Source: an uncultured bacterium
GTDB lineage: Bacteria; Acidobacteriota; Thermoanaerobaculia; Multivoradales; JAHZIX01
Assembly: GCA_965368975.1 (NCBI GenBank)
Contig: CBDUPA010000011.1
Span: forward strand, 64,001-128,000
Direction of reading: 5' to 3'
Length of the DNA: 64,000 nt
The notes beneath the pieces were generated by a model. It made no database searches, had not been told where the DNA came from, and saw only the letters and a program-made list of their open reading frames with translations. A program made the position numbers and the translations under genes. Shown piece by piece: positions 1 through 9,830 of this stretch (positions are counted from its first letter, which is position 1; each line of letters begins with the position of its first letter).

Positions 1-1065
1 GGCTTCACGCACCTGCAGCCAGCGCAGCCGACCAGCCTGGCGCACTACCTGGTGGGTGTGACCTGTGAGCTGGAGCGCGCGGTGGCACGGCTGGTCGACC
101 TGCTCGGCGCCATCGACCGTTCGCCGCTGGGGGCCGCCGCGGGTCTCGGCACACCCTTCGCGATCGACCGTGAGCAAGTGGCGCATCTGCTCGGTTTCAA
201 GGGCGTGATCGCCAGTTCCCTGGACGCGGTGGCGTCGCGGGACTTTGCCGTGCGCACGCTCGCCGAACTGGCGCAGATCGGCGCGACGCTCAGTCGCTGG
301 GCGCTCGACTTCCAGCTCTGGGGTAGTCGCGCCTACGGCTTCCTGGATTGGACGGACGACCTGGTGAGCACGAGCTCGATCATGCCGCAGAAGCGCAACG
401 CCTACGTGTGGGAGGACATCCGCGGTCTGGCGGTGAAGCCGGCGGGGGCGCTGGTGGACGCGCTGATGGGCGCCAAGAACACACCCTTCAGCAACAGCGT
501 CGAGGCCGGGACGGCCGCGGTCTCGACCCTGTGGCCGGCGGTGCGGGCGAGCGTCAAGGCGCTACGGCTGGCGTCGCTGTTGATCGCCAATACGAGCGTG
601 CGGCCGCGGCGCATGCGCCAGTTCGCCGTCGACGCCGAGACCACCATGACCGCTGTCGCCGACCACCTCGTGGCCGTCCATGGCATGGCCTTTCGCAGCG
701 CGCACGATCTGGTCGGCCAGGCTGTGCAGCGGGCCTTCGAGGCGCACGGCGAGGGCTCGCTCACCGACCCGAAGCTCCTGGCGGAGCTGTTGAACGCGTC
801 GCTGCCGGCGTCGTGGGAAGGAGGGCCGCTGGAAGCAGCGGGTCTGGCCGAGTTGCTGCAGCCGGAGCACAGCCTGCACGCCGCGGCCTACGGCGGTGGT
901 CCGGCGCCGGCCGTGGTGGCGCCGCAGCTGCGGGAGCTGGAGCAGCGCGTCGACGCTCACCGCGCGGCGGTGGCGCGGCGGCGCGAGGTCTGGCTCGAGG
1001 CGTGCCAAGAGCTGGACGCCGAGGTGGCACGTCTGTGTCGTGAGGTCTCAGGGGGATCGCCGTGA
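1..1065 (+). CDS. Argininosuccinate lyase-like (fumarate lyase superfamily), 5' end outside window; PacQ-like
   Basis: Frame 1 is open from base 1 (GFTHLQPAQP) and contains the SSIMPQKRN signature loop and an FRSAH motif. Confidence 0.9.
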   Translation, partial: GFTHLQPAQPTSLAHYLVGVTCELERAVARLVDLLGAIDRSPLGAAAGLGTPFAIDREQVAHLLGFKGVIASSLDAVASRDFAVRTLAELAQIGATLSRWALDFQLWGSRAYGFLDWTDDLVSTSSIMPQKRNAYVWEDIRGLAVKPAGALVDALMGAKNTPFSNSVEAGTAAVSTLWPAVRASVKALRLASLLIANTSVRPRRMRQFAVDAETTMTAVADHLVAVHGMAFRSAHDLVGQAVQRAFEAHGEGSLTDPKLLAELLNASLPASWEGGPLEAAGLAELLQPEHSLHAAAYGGGPAPAVVAPQLRELEQRVDAHRAAVARRREVWLEACQELDAEVARLCREVSGGSP

Positions 1066-3299
1066 GCGCGGGGCACGTCGTCTTCCTGGAGAGCAATACC
1101 ACGGGCACCGGCGCCCTGGCGCTTCAGCGTCTGCTCGACGACGGTCATGCCGTCACCTTCCTGGCGCGCCGGCCCGAGCTGTACCCGTTTCTCGATGAGG
1201 GGGCACAGGCGCGGCTGCGGGTCGAGACCCTGGAGACCAATGACGAAGCCCTGGTGGCGCGTCGCCTCGAGGCTCTGCACCAGCAGCAGCCGTTGGCCGT
1301 CCTGCTGACCTTCTCGGAGTACTACGTGCCGCTGGTCGCACGCCAGGCGGCACGCTTCGGACTGCCGGGCCTGGACCCGCAGGTGGCGAACGTCTGCCGG
1401 GACAAGCACCAGCTGCGCCGCGTGCTGCGAGAAGCGGGGCTGCCGACCCCGGACTTCGAGCTGGTGCGCAGCGTGGAGGAAGCACGGCAACTGGTGGCCC
1501 GGCGGACGCCGGAGCTACGCTACCCGTGCGTCGTCAAGCCGACTGGCGAGAGTTCCAGCAAGGGTGTGCTGCGGGTCGACGATGCGGATGCCCTGCTGCG
1601 CCACTTCGAGCTGATCCACGGCTGGCGCAGCAACGCGCGTGGCCAGGAGCTGGCAGGCGAGGTGCTGGTGGAGCAGCTACTGGACGGTCCGGAGTACAGC
1701 GTCGAGACGGTGACCCGGGGTCGCGGCGCTGGCGATCTGACCCAGACCCCAGTGCCCACGACTGAGATCGTCAGCGTGGTGGCCAAGCACCTGAGCGATC
1801 CGCCGCTCTTCGTCGAGCTGGGACACGACGTTCCGGCGCCGATCTCGGCGGACCTGGCCGAGGACATTGCTGCTGCCGCGGTCGCCGCGCTCGACGCGGT
1901 GGGCTACGACTTCGGCCCGGCACACACCGAGGTACGGCTGGCCGCCGAGGGTCCGACGGTGGTTGAGATCAATCCGCGCCTGGCGGGCGGCATGATCCCG
2001 GAGCTGATCCGTCACGCGCTGGGACTCGATCTGCTGCAGGCGCTGCTCGATCTGCTGCGCGGTCGGGATCTCGATCTGCGTCCCAAGCGCTCGGAACACG
2101 CGTCGATCCGCTTCCTCACCGCGCCGCGCGATGGCGAACTGGTGGCGGTGCACGGACTCGACGCGGTGCGGGCGCGTCTCGAGGTGCGAGAGGTGACAGT
2201 GAGCAAGGCCGTGGGCAGCCCGGTGCGCTGCGCCACGCAGGCGACGGACCGGCTCGGTCACGTCATTACCAGCGGTCCAGAAGCGGCGCTCGTGCGTCGC
2301 GTCGCGGGGGAAGCCCTGGCGCAGGTGCAGATCGAGGTCAATCCCGAGATCTCACCGCCGGGGCCGGCCAGAGGGCAGAGCTTCCGTCGTGGCGAGGGGG
2401 CGTGCCCCCTGGTGCTCGGTGAGTGCGTCCAGGGCCAGCTCGCGGATGGTACCCACTTTCTGATCACCCTGCCGATCGACGTCTGTTCGCACGCCGAATT
2501 CGAGGTCGACGCCAGCTGCACGCAGACCTTCGTCGAGCCGGCGAGCTGTGCCAAAGCCTTGCTGGCGAGCCAGCGCTACCTCGAGCAACAGGGCCTGCCC
2601 CAGGGCGGACATCTACGGCTGCACACGCCGGTGCGGCCCGGCCTCGGTTTCGGCACCAGCACGGCCGACATTGCCGCCGGGCTGCGCGCGACCGCTGCTG
2701 CTTGGGGCCGGCAGATCAGCCCGGACGAGATCTCGCGCCTGTGCATTGCCATCGAACCCACCGACGGCTCGATGTACGAGGGGTCGGTCGCCTACGCGCA
2801 CCGCGAGGGGCGCGTCCTGGAGCGCTTCGGTCGATTGCCCGACTTCGTAGCCTTGGTGGTGGTCGATGGCGACAGTGTCGATACTGTGGCCTTCGACGAA
2901 CGTCGGCGTCACTTCCACTATCACCCGAGCGAGCAGGAGGATCTGCACCGTGCCTGGCAGCTGGTGCGCGATGCGGCGCGGCGGCAGGATCTACGCTTGA
3001 TGGCGCAGGCGACGCAGCTGAGTGCTGGCATCAATCAGCGTCTGTTGCCCAATCCCTGGTTCGCGGAGTTGAGTGAGCTGGGTCGCGAGTTGGGGGCTTG
3101 CGGTGTCACGGTGGCGCACAGCGGTTCCCTGGCCGCTTTGCTGCTCGACCCCAGCGCGACGGACTTCGAGCACAGCCGGCAGCAGCTGCGAACACGGCTC
3201 GAACACCTGGCGCCCGGTGGCTGGATCGAGGTGCGCCGAGCCCCGGATATCACGACACCAGTTCTCACGACACCGGATCTCAAGGCGGGGGAGACATGA
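1062..3299 (+). CDS. ATP-grasp ligase fused to a C-terminal PduX-like GHMP (L-threonine) kinase
   Basis: ATP-grasp motifs CRDK, PCVVKP, EYSVE, HTEVR and VEINPRLAGG; C-terminal GLGFGTSTAD, IEPTDG and VAHSGS (GHMP/PduX); start overlaps upstream stop. Confidence 0.85.
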   Translation: MSAGHVVFLESNTTGTGALALQRLLDDGHAVTFLARRPELYPFLDEGAQARLRVETLETNDEALVARRLEALHQQQPLAVLLTFSEYYVPLVARQAARFGLPGLDPQVANVCRDKHQLRRVLREAGLPTPDFELVRSVEEARQLVARRTPELRYPCVVKPTGESSSKGVLRVDDADALLRHFELIHGWRSNARGQELAGEVLVEQLLDGPEYSVETVTRGRGAGDLTQTPVPTTEIVSVVAKHLSDPPLFVELGHDVPAPISADLAEDIAAAAVAALDAVGYDFGPAHTEVRLAAEGPTVVEINPRLAGGMIPELIRHALGLDLLQALLDLLRGRDLDLRPKRSEHASIRFLTAPRDGELVAVHGLDAVRARLEVREVTVSKAVGSPVRCATQATDRLGHVITSGPEAALVRRVAGEALAQVQIEVNPEISPPGPARGQSFRRGEGACPLVLGECVQGQLADGTHFLITLPIDVCSHAEFEVDASCTQTFVEPASCAKALLASQRYLEQQGLPQGGHLRLHTPVRPGLGFGTSTADIAAGLRATAAAWGRQISPDEISRLCIAIEPTDGSMYEGSVAYAHREGRVLERFGRLPDFVALVVVDGDSVDTVAFDERRRHFHYHPSEQEDLHRAWQLVRDAARRQDLRLMAQATQLSAGINQRLLPNPWFAELSELGRELGACGVTVAHSGSLAALLLDPSATDFEHSRQQLRTRLEHLAPGGWIEVRRAPDITTPVLTTPDLKAGET

Positions 3300-4420
3300 T
3301 GCCGACACCAACCAAGGCAACAGCAGCGAAGAAGGTCGACTCCGTGCTGGAGCTGATGCGCGACAGTCCGCTGGTGGCTCTGCGTGGACGCTCGGTGTCG
3401 ACGCCTCGGGCTGATCTGTGGGGCAAGCTGGAGCTGGCGCTACCCGGGGCGATGAAAGACCGTGTCGCGCTCCACATCGTCGAGCGCGCCGAAGCGGCCG
3501 GACAGCTGCAGCCCGGGGGCATGATCGTCGAGAGCTCGTCCGGGACGTTGGCCGAAGGTGTCGCGCGCGTCGGCGCCGTCAAGGGTTATCGGGTGATCAT
3601 CGTCACCGATCCGCGCATCGACGACATGACGCGGCTCAAGCTGTGTGCCCTGGGGGCCGAGGTCGACGTGGTGGAGACTTACCACCCCACCGGCGGCTGG
3701 CAGCAGTCGCGCCTCGAACGGCTGCGGCAGCTTCTGGCCGAGCACCCCGAGGCGTTCTGGACGCGTCAGTACGACAATCCGGACAACGCCGGTGCCTACG
3801 ACGTCCTGGCTCGAGAGCTGCGGGAGGCCCTGGGGGACTCCATTGGTGCCCTGGTCGGATCGGTTGGCAGCGGCGGTTCGCTGTGCGGTACGGCACGCGC
3901 GCTGCGGCGGAGTCTGCCCGAGCTGCGCGTGGTTGCGGTCGACGCCACCGGCTCACTGCTCTTCCACCAGCCCGCCGGCCAGCGGCTGCAGAGCGGGCAC
4001 GGCAACAACGTGGTGGCCGGCAACCTGGACTACCGTCAGATCGACGAGGTGCACTGGATCAACGACAGCGAAGCCTTTCTGGCCTGCGGTGAGCTGGCCA
4101 GGCGTGAAGGTATCTTCGGCGGGGGGTCGTCAGGAGCTGTGTACGTCGCTGCCTCGTGGCTGGCCGAGCAGCTGCCGCCCGGCCGCGACGTCGTTGCCCT
4201 GCTGCCCGATCGTGGCGACCGCTACAGCGCCAAGATCTACGCCCCGGCCTTCCTGGCCGAGCACGGTCTGCACACTGCGGCCGCGGCTGCGCCCCGGCGT
4301 ATTCGCTACGGCGTCGACGTTGCCGAGGCGTGGAGCTGGGCGCCCTTGCCGCACGATGGCTCGGTGCCCTACTGCCGGCCAGATGCCGAGCGCACGGCGG
4401 ATCTGACGTCTGGCTGGTGA
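3296..4420 (+). CDS. PLP-dependent cysteine synthase family enzyme (beta-replacement; SbnA/DabA/PacS-like)
   Basis: KLE...MKDR Schiff-base lysine, ESSSGT, QYDNPDN, GSGGS and GGSSG; ATGA overlap with upstream stop at 3296. Confidence 0.9.
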   Translation: MMPTPTKATAAKKVDSVLELMRDSPLVALRGRSVSTPRADLWGKLELALPGAMKDRVALHIVERAEAAGQLQPGGMIVESSSGTLAEGVARVGAVKGYRVIIVTDPRIDDMTRLKLCALGAEVDVVETYHPTGGWQQSRLERLRQLLAEHPEAFWTRQYDNPDNAGAYDVLARELREALGDSIGALVGSVGSGGSLCGTARALRRSLPELRVVAVDATGSLLFHQPAGQRLQSGHGNNVVAGNLDYRQIDEVHWINDSEAFLACGELARREGIFGGGSSGAVYVAASWLAEQLPPGRDVVALLPDRGDRYSAKIYAPAFLAEHGLHTAAAAAPRRIRYGVDVAEAWSWAPLPHDGSVPYCRPDAERTADLTSGW

Positions 4421-4442
4421 GGGCTGGTAGAATCAATTCATT

Positions 4443-4865
4443 ATGAGCACCATCTTCGACAAGATCCTCAGTGGCGACATTCCCAGCTACCGCGTCTACG
4501 AAGACGAGCACGTCTATGCCTTTCTCGATATCGGCCCGTTGAGTGAGGGCCACACCCTGGTCATCCCCAAGGAAGCCAAAGCCCACCTGCACGAGTTGAG
4601 CGACGAAGCTGCTGGCGCCATCGGCCGCGTGCTGCCGCGCTTGTGCCGGGCGGTGATGAAGGCGACCGGCGCCACGGCCTACAACGTACTGCAGAACAAC
4701 GGCAGCGAAGCGCACCAAGTAGTCATGCACGTGCACTTCCACATCATTCCGAAGTTCGGCAGCGAAGGTCTCGGCATCGGCTGGAACTCCAGCAGCCTGA
4801 CCGAGACGGCGGCTCAACGACTGCTCGCAGGCATGCATCAGGCTCTGGCCGCCGAAGACGGCTGA
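4443..4865 (+). CDS. HIT family nucleotide hydrolase
   Basis: TIFDKI, GHTLVIPK and HVHFHIIP histidine triad. Confidence 0.95.
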   Translation: MSTIFDKILSGDIPSYRVYEDEHVYAFLDIGPLSEGHTLVIPKEAKAHLHELSDEAAGAIGRVLPRLCRAVMKATGATAYNVLQNNGSEAHQVVMHVHFHIIPKFGSEGLGIGWNSSSLTETAAQRLLAGMHQALAAEDG

Positions 4866-4877
4866 AGCCGTCAGGCC

Positions 4878-6020
4878 ATGGTCAGGACGCAGCCCTCCGA
4901 GCCGACACCCGCGGGCGCACAGTCCCGTACGAGATCGACACGCGATCCCGGCGCCCAATTCTTGCTCACCGCGGCCAGCGTGGTGATCATTGTCGCCGGC
5001 CTCAAACTGGGTGCCGAGTTGCTGCGGCCGATGATCATGTCGCTGTTCCTGGCCGTAGTCTCGATGCCGGTGCTCAACTGGCTGCGCCGCAAGGGCTTGC
5101 CGGTGCCAGCTGCGGTACTGGTGACCCTGCTGGTGGTGCTGGTGGCGTTGTCGAGCATGATCGCGCTGGTCGGTAGCTCGGTGGCCTCTTTCACGGCCCG
5201 AGCTCCGGAGTACCAGGAGCGTCTCGTCGAACTGACGACTTCGGTCGAAGACTGGCTGGTCGTGCAGGGCATGCCGCGCGAGTCCGTGGGCCTGCGCCAA
5301 CTGATCCGGCCGCGCCAGGCCATGGAGTACCTGGTCAACAGTCTGAGCACGGTGGCCGAGGCGGTCTCGGGTGTCACGCTGATACTGCTGACCATGGTCT
5401 TTATCCTGTTCGAGGCAGTGACTTTCGAGAGCAAGCTGCGCTTGGCGTTTCGCCTGCCGCCGGACCAGCCGCACCCGTTCTCCAACATGCTGCGCGAGAT
5501 CCAGCAGTACTTGGGTATCAAGACCGTGGTCAGCCTCGGCACCGGGTTACTGATCGGTACGTGGTGTGGTTTCTGGCATCTCGAGTTCTACATCCTTTGG
5601 GGTCTGGTCGCCTTCGTGCTCAACTACATCCCGAGCATCGGCTCGATCATCGCCGCGATTCCCGCGGTGCTGCTCTCCTTGCTGCAGCAGGGGCCAACGC
5701 ACGCGGTGATTATCGCCGCCGGTTACCTCGCCGTGAATTTCGCCTTCGGCAACTTCCTGGAACCCTCCTGGTTGGGCCGCCGACTCGGGCTCTCGACGCT
5801 GGTCGTGATCCTGTCGCTGATCTTTTGGGGCTGGGCTTGGGGACCGGTCGGCATGCTACTGTCGGTGCCGCTAACGATGGTGGTCAAGATTCTGCTACAG
5901 AACACCAATGACCTCCGCTGGTTGGCCGTCTTGCTGGGCAATCTGCCGCCGAACCCCGACGAGAGGACGGTCGCGGACAAGCTCGCCGATGAGGCCGGGC
6001 CGCAAGGCCGAGTTGGCTGA
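4878..6020 (+). CDS. AI-2E family transporter (PerM/TqsA-like)
   Basis: Multi-TM protein with LNYIPSIGS, GNFLEP and WGPVGMLLSVPL motifs. Confidence 0.9.
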   Translation: MVRTQPSEPTPAGAQSRTRSTRDPGAQFLLTAASVVIIVAGLKLGAELLRPMIMSLFLAVVSMPVLNWLRRKGLPVPAAVLVTLLVVLVALSSMIALVGSSVASFTARAPEYQERLVELTTSVEDWLVVQGMPRESVGLRQLIRPRQAMEYLVNSLSTVAEAVSGVTLILLTMVFILFEAVTFESKLRLAFRLPPDQPHPFSNMLREIQQYLGIKTVVSLGTGLLIGTWCGFWHLEFYILWGLVAFVLNYIPSIGSIIAAIPAVLLSLLQQGPTHAVIIAAGYLAVNFAFGNFLEPSWLGRRLGLSTLVVILSLIFWGWAWGPVGMLLSVPLTMVVKILLQNTNDLRWLAVLLGNLPPNPDERTVADKLADEAGPQGRVG

Positions 6021-6109
6021 GTGCCGAATCCATCCCACCTCTCACTGCAGACACTCCACTCACTGAAGACACCCCACTTCTTCCGAAGACTTCCCATTCC
6101 GAGGACCTC

Positions 6110-7483
6110 ATGAAGACCATCATCGAACCTTTTCGTATCAAGGTTGTCGAACCGATCCGCATGACGACACCCGAGGAGCGCGAAGACGCGTTGCGCCAGG
6201 CTGACTACAACCTGTTCCAGATTCCAGCGGAACGCATCCTGATCGATCTGCTGACTGACAGCGGCACGGGTGCCATGAGCGCCGAGCAATGGGCTGGCAT
6301 CATGCGCGGGGACGAGAGCTACGCCGGCAGTGTCAGCTTCCATCGCTTCAAGCAGGCGGTCGATGACATCTTCGGCTTCCGGCACGTCATTCCGACCCAC
6401 CAGGGGCGCGCCAGCGAGCGCATTCTGGCGCAGACGTTGGTGCGGCCCGGCCACGTGGTGCCCAACAACACCCACTTCGACACCACGCGTGCCAACATCG
6501 AAGCCGCCGGCGCGACCGCGCTCGATCTGCCGTGTGCCGAGGCTGCCGATGTCTCCGCGTCGCACCCCTTCAAAGGCAACATCGACCTCGAGGCGCTAGA
6601 GCGCACGCTGGACGACGAAGAAGGCAATGTGCCCTTCGCCATGGTCACTGCCACCAACAATGGCGGTGGTGGGCAACCGGTGTCGATGGCGAACATCCGC
6701 GCCGCCGCCCAGATCTGCAGGCAGCGCAAGGTTCCGTTCTACATCGACGCGTGCCGCTTCGCCGAGAACGCCTACTTCGTCCAGCAGCGGGAAGAAGGCT
6801 ACGGCGACAAGACCCTGATCGAGATCGCGCGCGAGATGTTCTCGTACGCCGACGGCTGCACCATGAGCGCCAAGAAGGACGGCATGGCCAACATCGGTGG
6901 CTTCCTGTGCACCAACGACGACGAGGCCGCGCGCCACGAGGAAGAGCTGCTCATTCTCACCGAAGGATTTCCGACCTACGGTGGTCTCGCCGGCCGCGAC
7001 CTCGAAGCGATCGCGGTCGGTCTCTACGAGGCACTCGACCCCAACTACCAGCAGTACCGTCACGCCTCGACCGGCTACCTGGGCGATAAGATTTCGCAGG
7101 CTGGCGTGCCGATCGTCCAGCCGCCGGGTGGCCACGCCATTTACATCGACGCCAAGGCGATGCTGCCGCACATCCCATCGTCTCAGTATCCGGGACAGGC
7201 CCTGGCGGTGGAGCTGTATCGTGCTGGCGGTATCCGCAGTGTCGAGATCGGCTCGGTCATGTTCGGCAAGCGCGACCCGGAGACCGGCGAAGAGCTACTG
7301 GCGCCGCAAGAGCTGGTGCGCCTGGCCATCCCGCGCCGGGTCTACACCCAGAGCCACATCGACTACGTGGTCGAGACGATCATTGACGTCTTCGCGCGCC
7401 GGGAGCAACTACGCGGGTTACGCATCGTGCGCCAACCACGGGCCTTGCGCCACTTCACGGCTGGCTTCGAACCTCTGACTTGA
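6110..7483 (+). CDS. tnaA: Tryptophanase (beta-eliminating lyase)
   Basis: EPFRIKVVE, DLLTDSGT, MSAKKD and RLAIPRRVYT; LRHFTA carries His as in tryptophanase rather than the Phe of tyrosine phenol-lyase; GGAG RBS. Confidence 0.88.
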   Translation: MKTIIEPFRIKVVEPIRMTTPEEREDALRQADYNLFQIPAERILIDLLTDSGTGAMSAEQWAGIMRGDESYAGSVSFHRFKQAVDDIFGFRHVIPTHQGRASERILAQTLVRPGHVVPNNTHFDTTRANIEAAGATALDLPCAEAADVSASHPFKGNIDLEALERTLDDEEGNVPFAMVTATNNGGGGQPVSMANIRAAAQICRQRKVPFYIDACRFAENAYFVQQREEGYGDKTLIEIAREMFSYADGCTMSAKKDGMANIGGFLCTNDDEAARHEEELLILTEGFPTYGGLAGRDLEAIAVGLYEALDPNYQQYRHASTGYLGDKISQAGVPIVQPPGGHAIYIDAKAMLPHIPSSQYPGQALAVELYRAGGIRSVEIGSVMFGKRDPETGEELLAPQELVRLAIPRRVYTQSHIDYVVETIIDVFARREQLRGLRIVRQPRALRHFTAGFEPLT

Positions 7484-7566
7484 CGCGCTCCCCGGGAAAG
7501 ATATGCTAGATGAGCGATACATTGCGCGGTGGACTTCACCTGAGAGAACCTGTAGGAGGTCACGTT

Positions 7567-7875
7567 ATGGACAGTAAGAGATGGATGATGGGATGTGCCT
7601 TGGTCTTTGTTCTGGTGCTCGGTGCTTGTGGTGGCGGTGCCACTGACGAGGGAACTGACACCGGTGCTGCGACCACCGAAGAACCCGCTGTTGCTCCGGC
7701 GAGCACCGAGGCTGGCGCCGACGAAGCGACGGCTACTGAAGAAGGCGAGGCGGTCGAGGACGAAGGCGCCGAAGGTGATGCTGCGGAAGGCGACGCCGTC
7801 ACGGAAGACGACGAAGCCGATGGCGACGAAGCCGATGGCGACGAAGCCGAAGATTCTGGCGAGAACGTGCACTGA
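7567..7875 (+). CDS. Small, very acidic disordered lipoprotein
   Basis: GGAGGT RBS; signal peptide with LGAC lipobox; D/E/A/G-rich tail. Confidence 0.7.
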   Translation: MDSKRWMMGCALVFVLVLGACGGGATDEGTDTGAATTEEPAVAPASTEAGADEATATEEGEAVEDEGAEGDAAEGDAVTEDDEADGDEADGDEAEDSGENVH

Positions 7876-7889
7876 GCAGGATCGCCTGT

Positions 7890-9281
7890 GTGACACATTC
7901 GTCGATACGGATGACCCTGGCCGCCCTGTGGGTGGCCGGGGTCGTTGCGTGTAGTGCTGGGCTCGTTGCGTGTAGTGACGGTCGAGAGGGCCCGAGCGCT
8001 CCAGTAGCTGAGGCTGTCGCGGATGGGACCGTCGGGGATGAGTTCGCCATCGCGCCTGTCACCTTCGTCGCCCCGCAAGGGCTTCGGAGCCTCGACCCAC
8101 CCGCCGCGGCAGACGCCCTGGCCCCGCAGCTGACCGCCGGCCCCGGCGGTGTGGTGCTCAGCTGGCTCGACGTGTCCGACGGTCATCACGTCCTGCGCTT
8201 TGCCCGTTTCTCGGACGGCTCCACCTCGGACGGTGGTGATTTCACTGGTTGGTCCGCGGCGTACGATGTCGTCTCTGGAGCGGATTTCTTCGCCAACTGG
8301 GCGGATGTGCCTTCGGTGCTGGCCGTGACGTCCGACGAACTGCTGGCGCACTGGCTGCAGAAAAACGGCGAGTCCACGTACGCGTACGGTATTCGTCTGC
8401 GTCGCTCGACCGATGGTGGTGCGGCTTGGCAAGACCTGGGCTGGCTGCACGACGACGATACGCCGACCGAGCACGGCTTCGTCTCCCTGGTTGCCGCCCC
8501 GGACGGAGTGCGTGCATTTTGGCTAGATGGGCGCGAGATGACCGGCCACCATGGGGCCGGCGGCGACATGGCGGTGCGCACGGCGCTGGTCTCTGGAAGC
8601 GACATCGGACCCTCCGAGGTTCTCGATGCGCGCACCTGCGAGTGCTGCCAGACCGAGGCCGCGCAGACAGCGGAAGGCTTCCTGGTGGCCTATCGAGACC
8701 GCTCGGACACCGAGATCCGCGACAACGTCGTGGTGCGCTCGACGGGGAACCGCTGGCAGCCGCCCCGTACCCTCGCGGAGGAGGGCTGGCGTATTCCAGC
8801 CTGCCCGGTCAACGGACCGGCGGTCGCAGCTCGCGACCAGCGCGTGGTGCTGGCCTGGTTCACCGCGGCTGAGAACAGGCCGCGCGTCCGGCTGGCCTTG
8901 TCGCAGGATGCTGGAGCCCGCTTTGGCGCGCCTATCGAAGTCGCGCCAGCCGTTGCTGGGCAGCGTCCCTCCGGTCGCGTCGACGTGGCGCTGACGCCGG
9001 ACGGTGGCGCCGTGGTCAGCTGGTTGAGTGGAGGCGACGGGGCGGAAGAGACGGAGCGTGCCGGAGTCGCCCTGGCCTACTTCGATGCAGATGGACGCCG
9101 CGGAGCGACGGCTCTGCTCGGCGAAACCTCGAGCGCGCGCGCCAGCGGCGTGCCGCGCCTGCAGCTGGTGGGTGCACCCGGCGACGAAGCCGTGCTGGTG
9201 GTGTGGCGCGAAACCGGCGAGACTGCGCGCCTGCGGGCGGTCACCGTGCCGGTAGACAGCCTGCGCGGCGAGAGCTTGTGA
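7890..9281 (+). CDS. BNR/Asp-box (sialidase-like beta-propeller) lipoprotein
   Basis: Lipobox, STDGGAAW and SQDAGARF Asp-boxes, NWADVP, TCECCQT and ACPVNGP. Confidence 0.8.
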   Translation: MTHSSIRMTLAALWVAGVVACSAGLVACSDGREGPSAPVAEAVADGTVGDEFAIAPVTFVAPQGLRSLDPPAAADALAPQLTAGPGGVVLSWLDVSDGHHVLRFARFSDGSTSDGGDFTGWSAAYDVVSGADFFANWADVPSVLAVTSDELLAHWLQKNGESTYAYGIRLRRSTDGGAAWQDLGWLHDDDTPTEHGFVSLVAAPDGVRAFWLDGREMTGHHGAGGDMAVRTALVSGSDIGPSEVLDARTCECCQTEAAQTAEGFLVAYRDRSDTEIRDNVVVRSTGNRWQPPRTLAEEGWRIPACPVNGPAVAARDQRVVLAWFTAAENRPRVRLALSQDAGARFGAPIEVAPAVAGQRPSGRVDVALTPDGGAVVSWLSGGDGAEETERAGVALAYFDADGRRGATALLGETSSARASGVPRLQLVGAPGDEAVLVVWRETGETARLRAVTVPVDSLRGESL

Positions 9282-9364
9282 GCCGCGTCACCTGGGACGG
9301 CGAACAAAGCAGTCCGCCCGGACGGGCAACGGGTCGGTCGACCCGCCCGGGCAGAGAGTGGGAG

Positions 9365-9601
9365 CTATGCAGCTCCCGAATCAGAAAACAAGTGGCGCAG
9401 CTGCTGTTGCCGCGAGGCGCCACCCCTCCGAGGTGCGACCAGGAGGTCGAGCAGTGGGCTATCACGGCCCAATAGCAACTCGGTTGTCTCCAGGTCCTGG
9501 CGCAGGCGCTGAAGGGAGTCCTCCAGTTCTGCCAACCGCTGCTCTATGTGCAACGGTCCGCCTGAAACTATGGAAATGGATTGCAAGGTCTTCTCCTCCA
9601 T
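9365..9601 (-). CDS. Small hypothetical coiled-coil protein
   Basis: MEEK...IEQRLAELEDSLQRLRQDLE heptad pattern; only plausible ORF in the gap; start uncertain. Confidence 0.45.
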   Translation of the reverse strand: MEEKTLQSISIVSGGPLHIEQRLAELEDSLQRLRQDLETTELLLGRDSPLLDLLVAPRRGGASRQQQLRHLFSDSGAA

Positions 9602-9830
9602 CCCGACCGGGCTGGCGGGCAGCTCCCCAGCGAGACATGCCCAGATGGACACGCTCTCTTCTATTGATCGCCCCCCTTGGACCCGGCGGTGACAAGTGAA
9701 ATCAGAACAACGGTTTCACTATGTATGGTGTCCAGGTAGATCAGGACCGGGACAGAGAATTTTTGGGTTAGACTCGTAGACTGACACTCGTCCTCGACCC
9801 TCACCGCACCCTCCAAGGAGAACCCCCCCG

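Noticed and set aside
1-1065. Housekeeping argH
   Set aside because: Coupled to ATP-grasp/kinase/PLP genes rather than arg genes, so left unnamed
6021-6109. TnaC-like leader peptide before tnaA
   Set aside because: No short Trp-containing plus-strand ORF seen; the region is an 18-bp duplication
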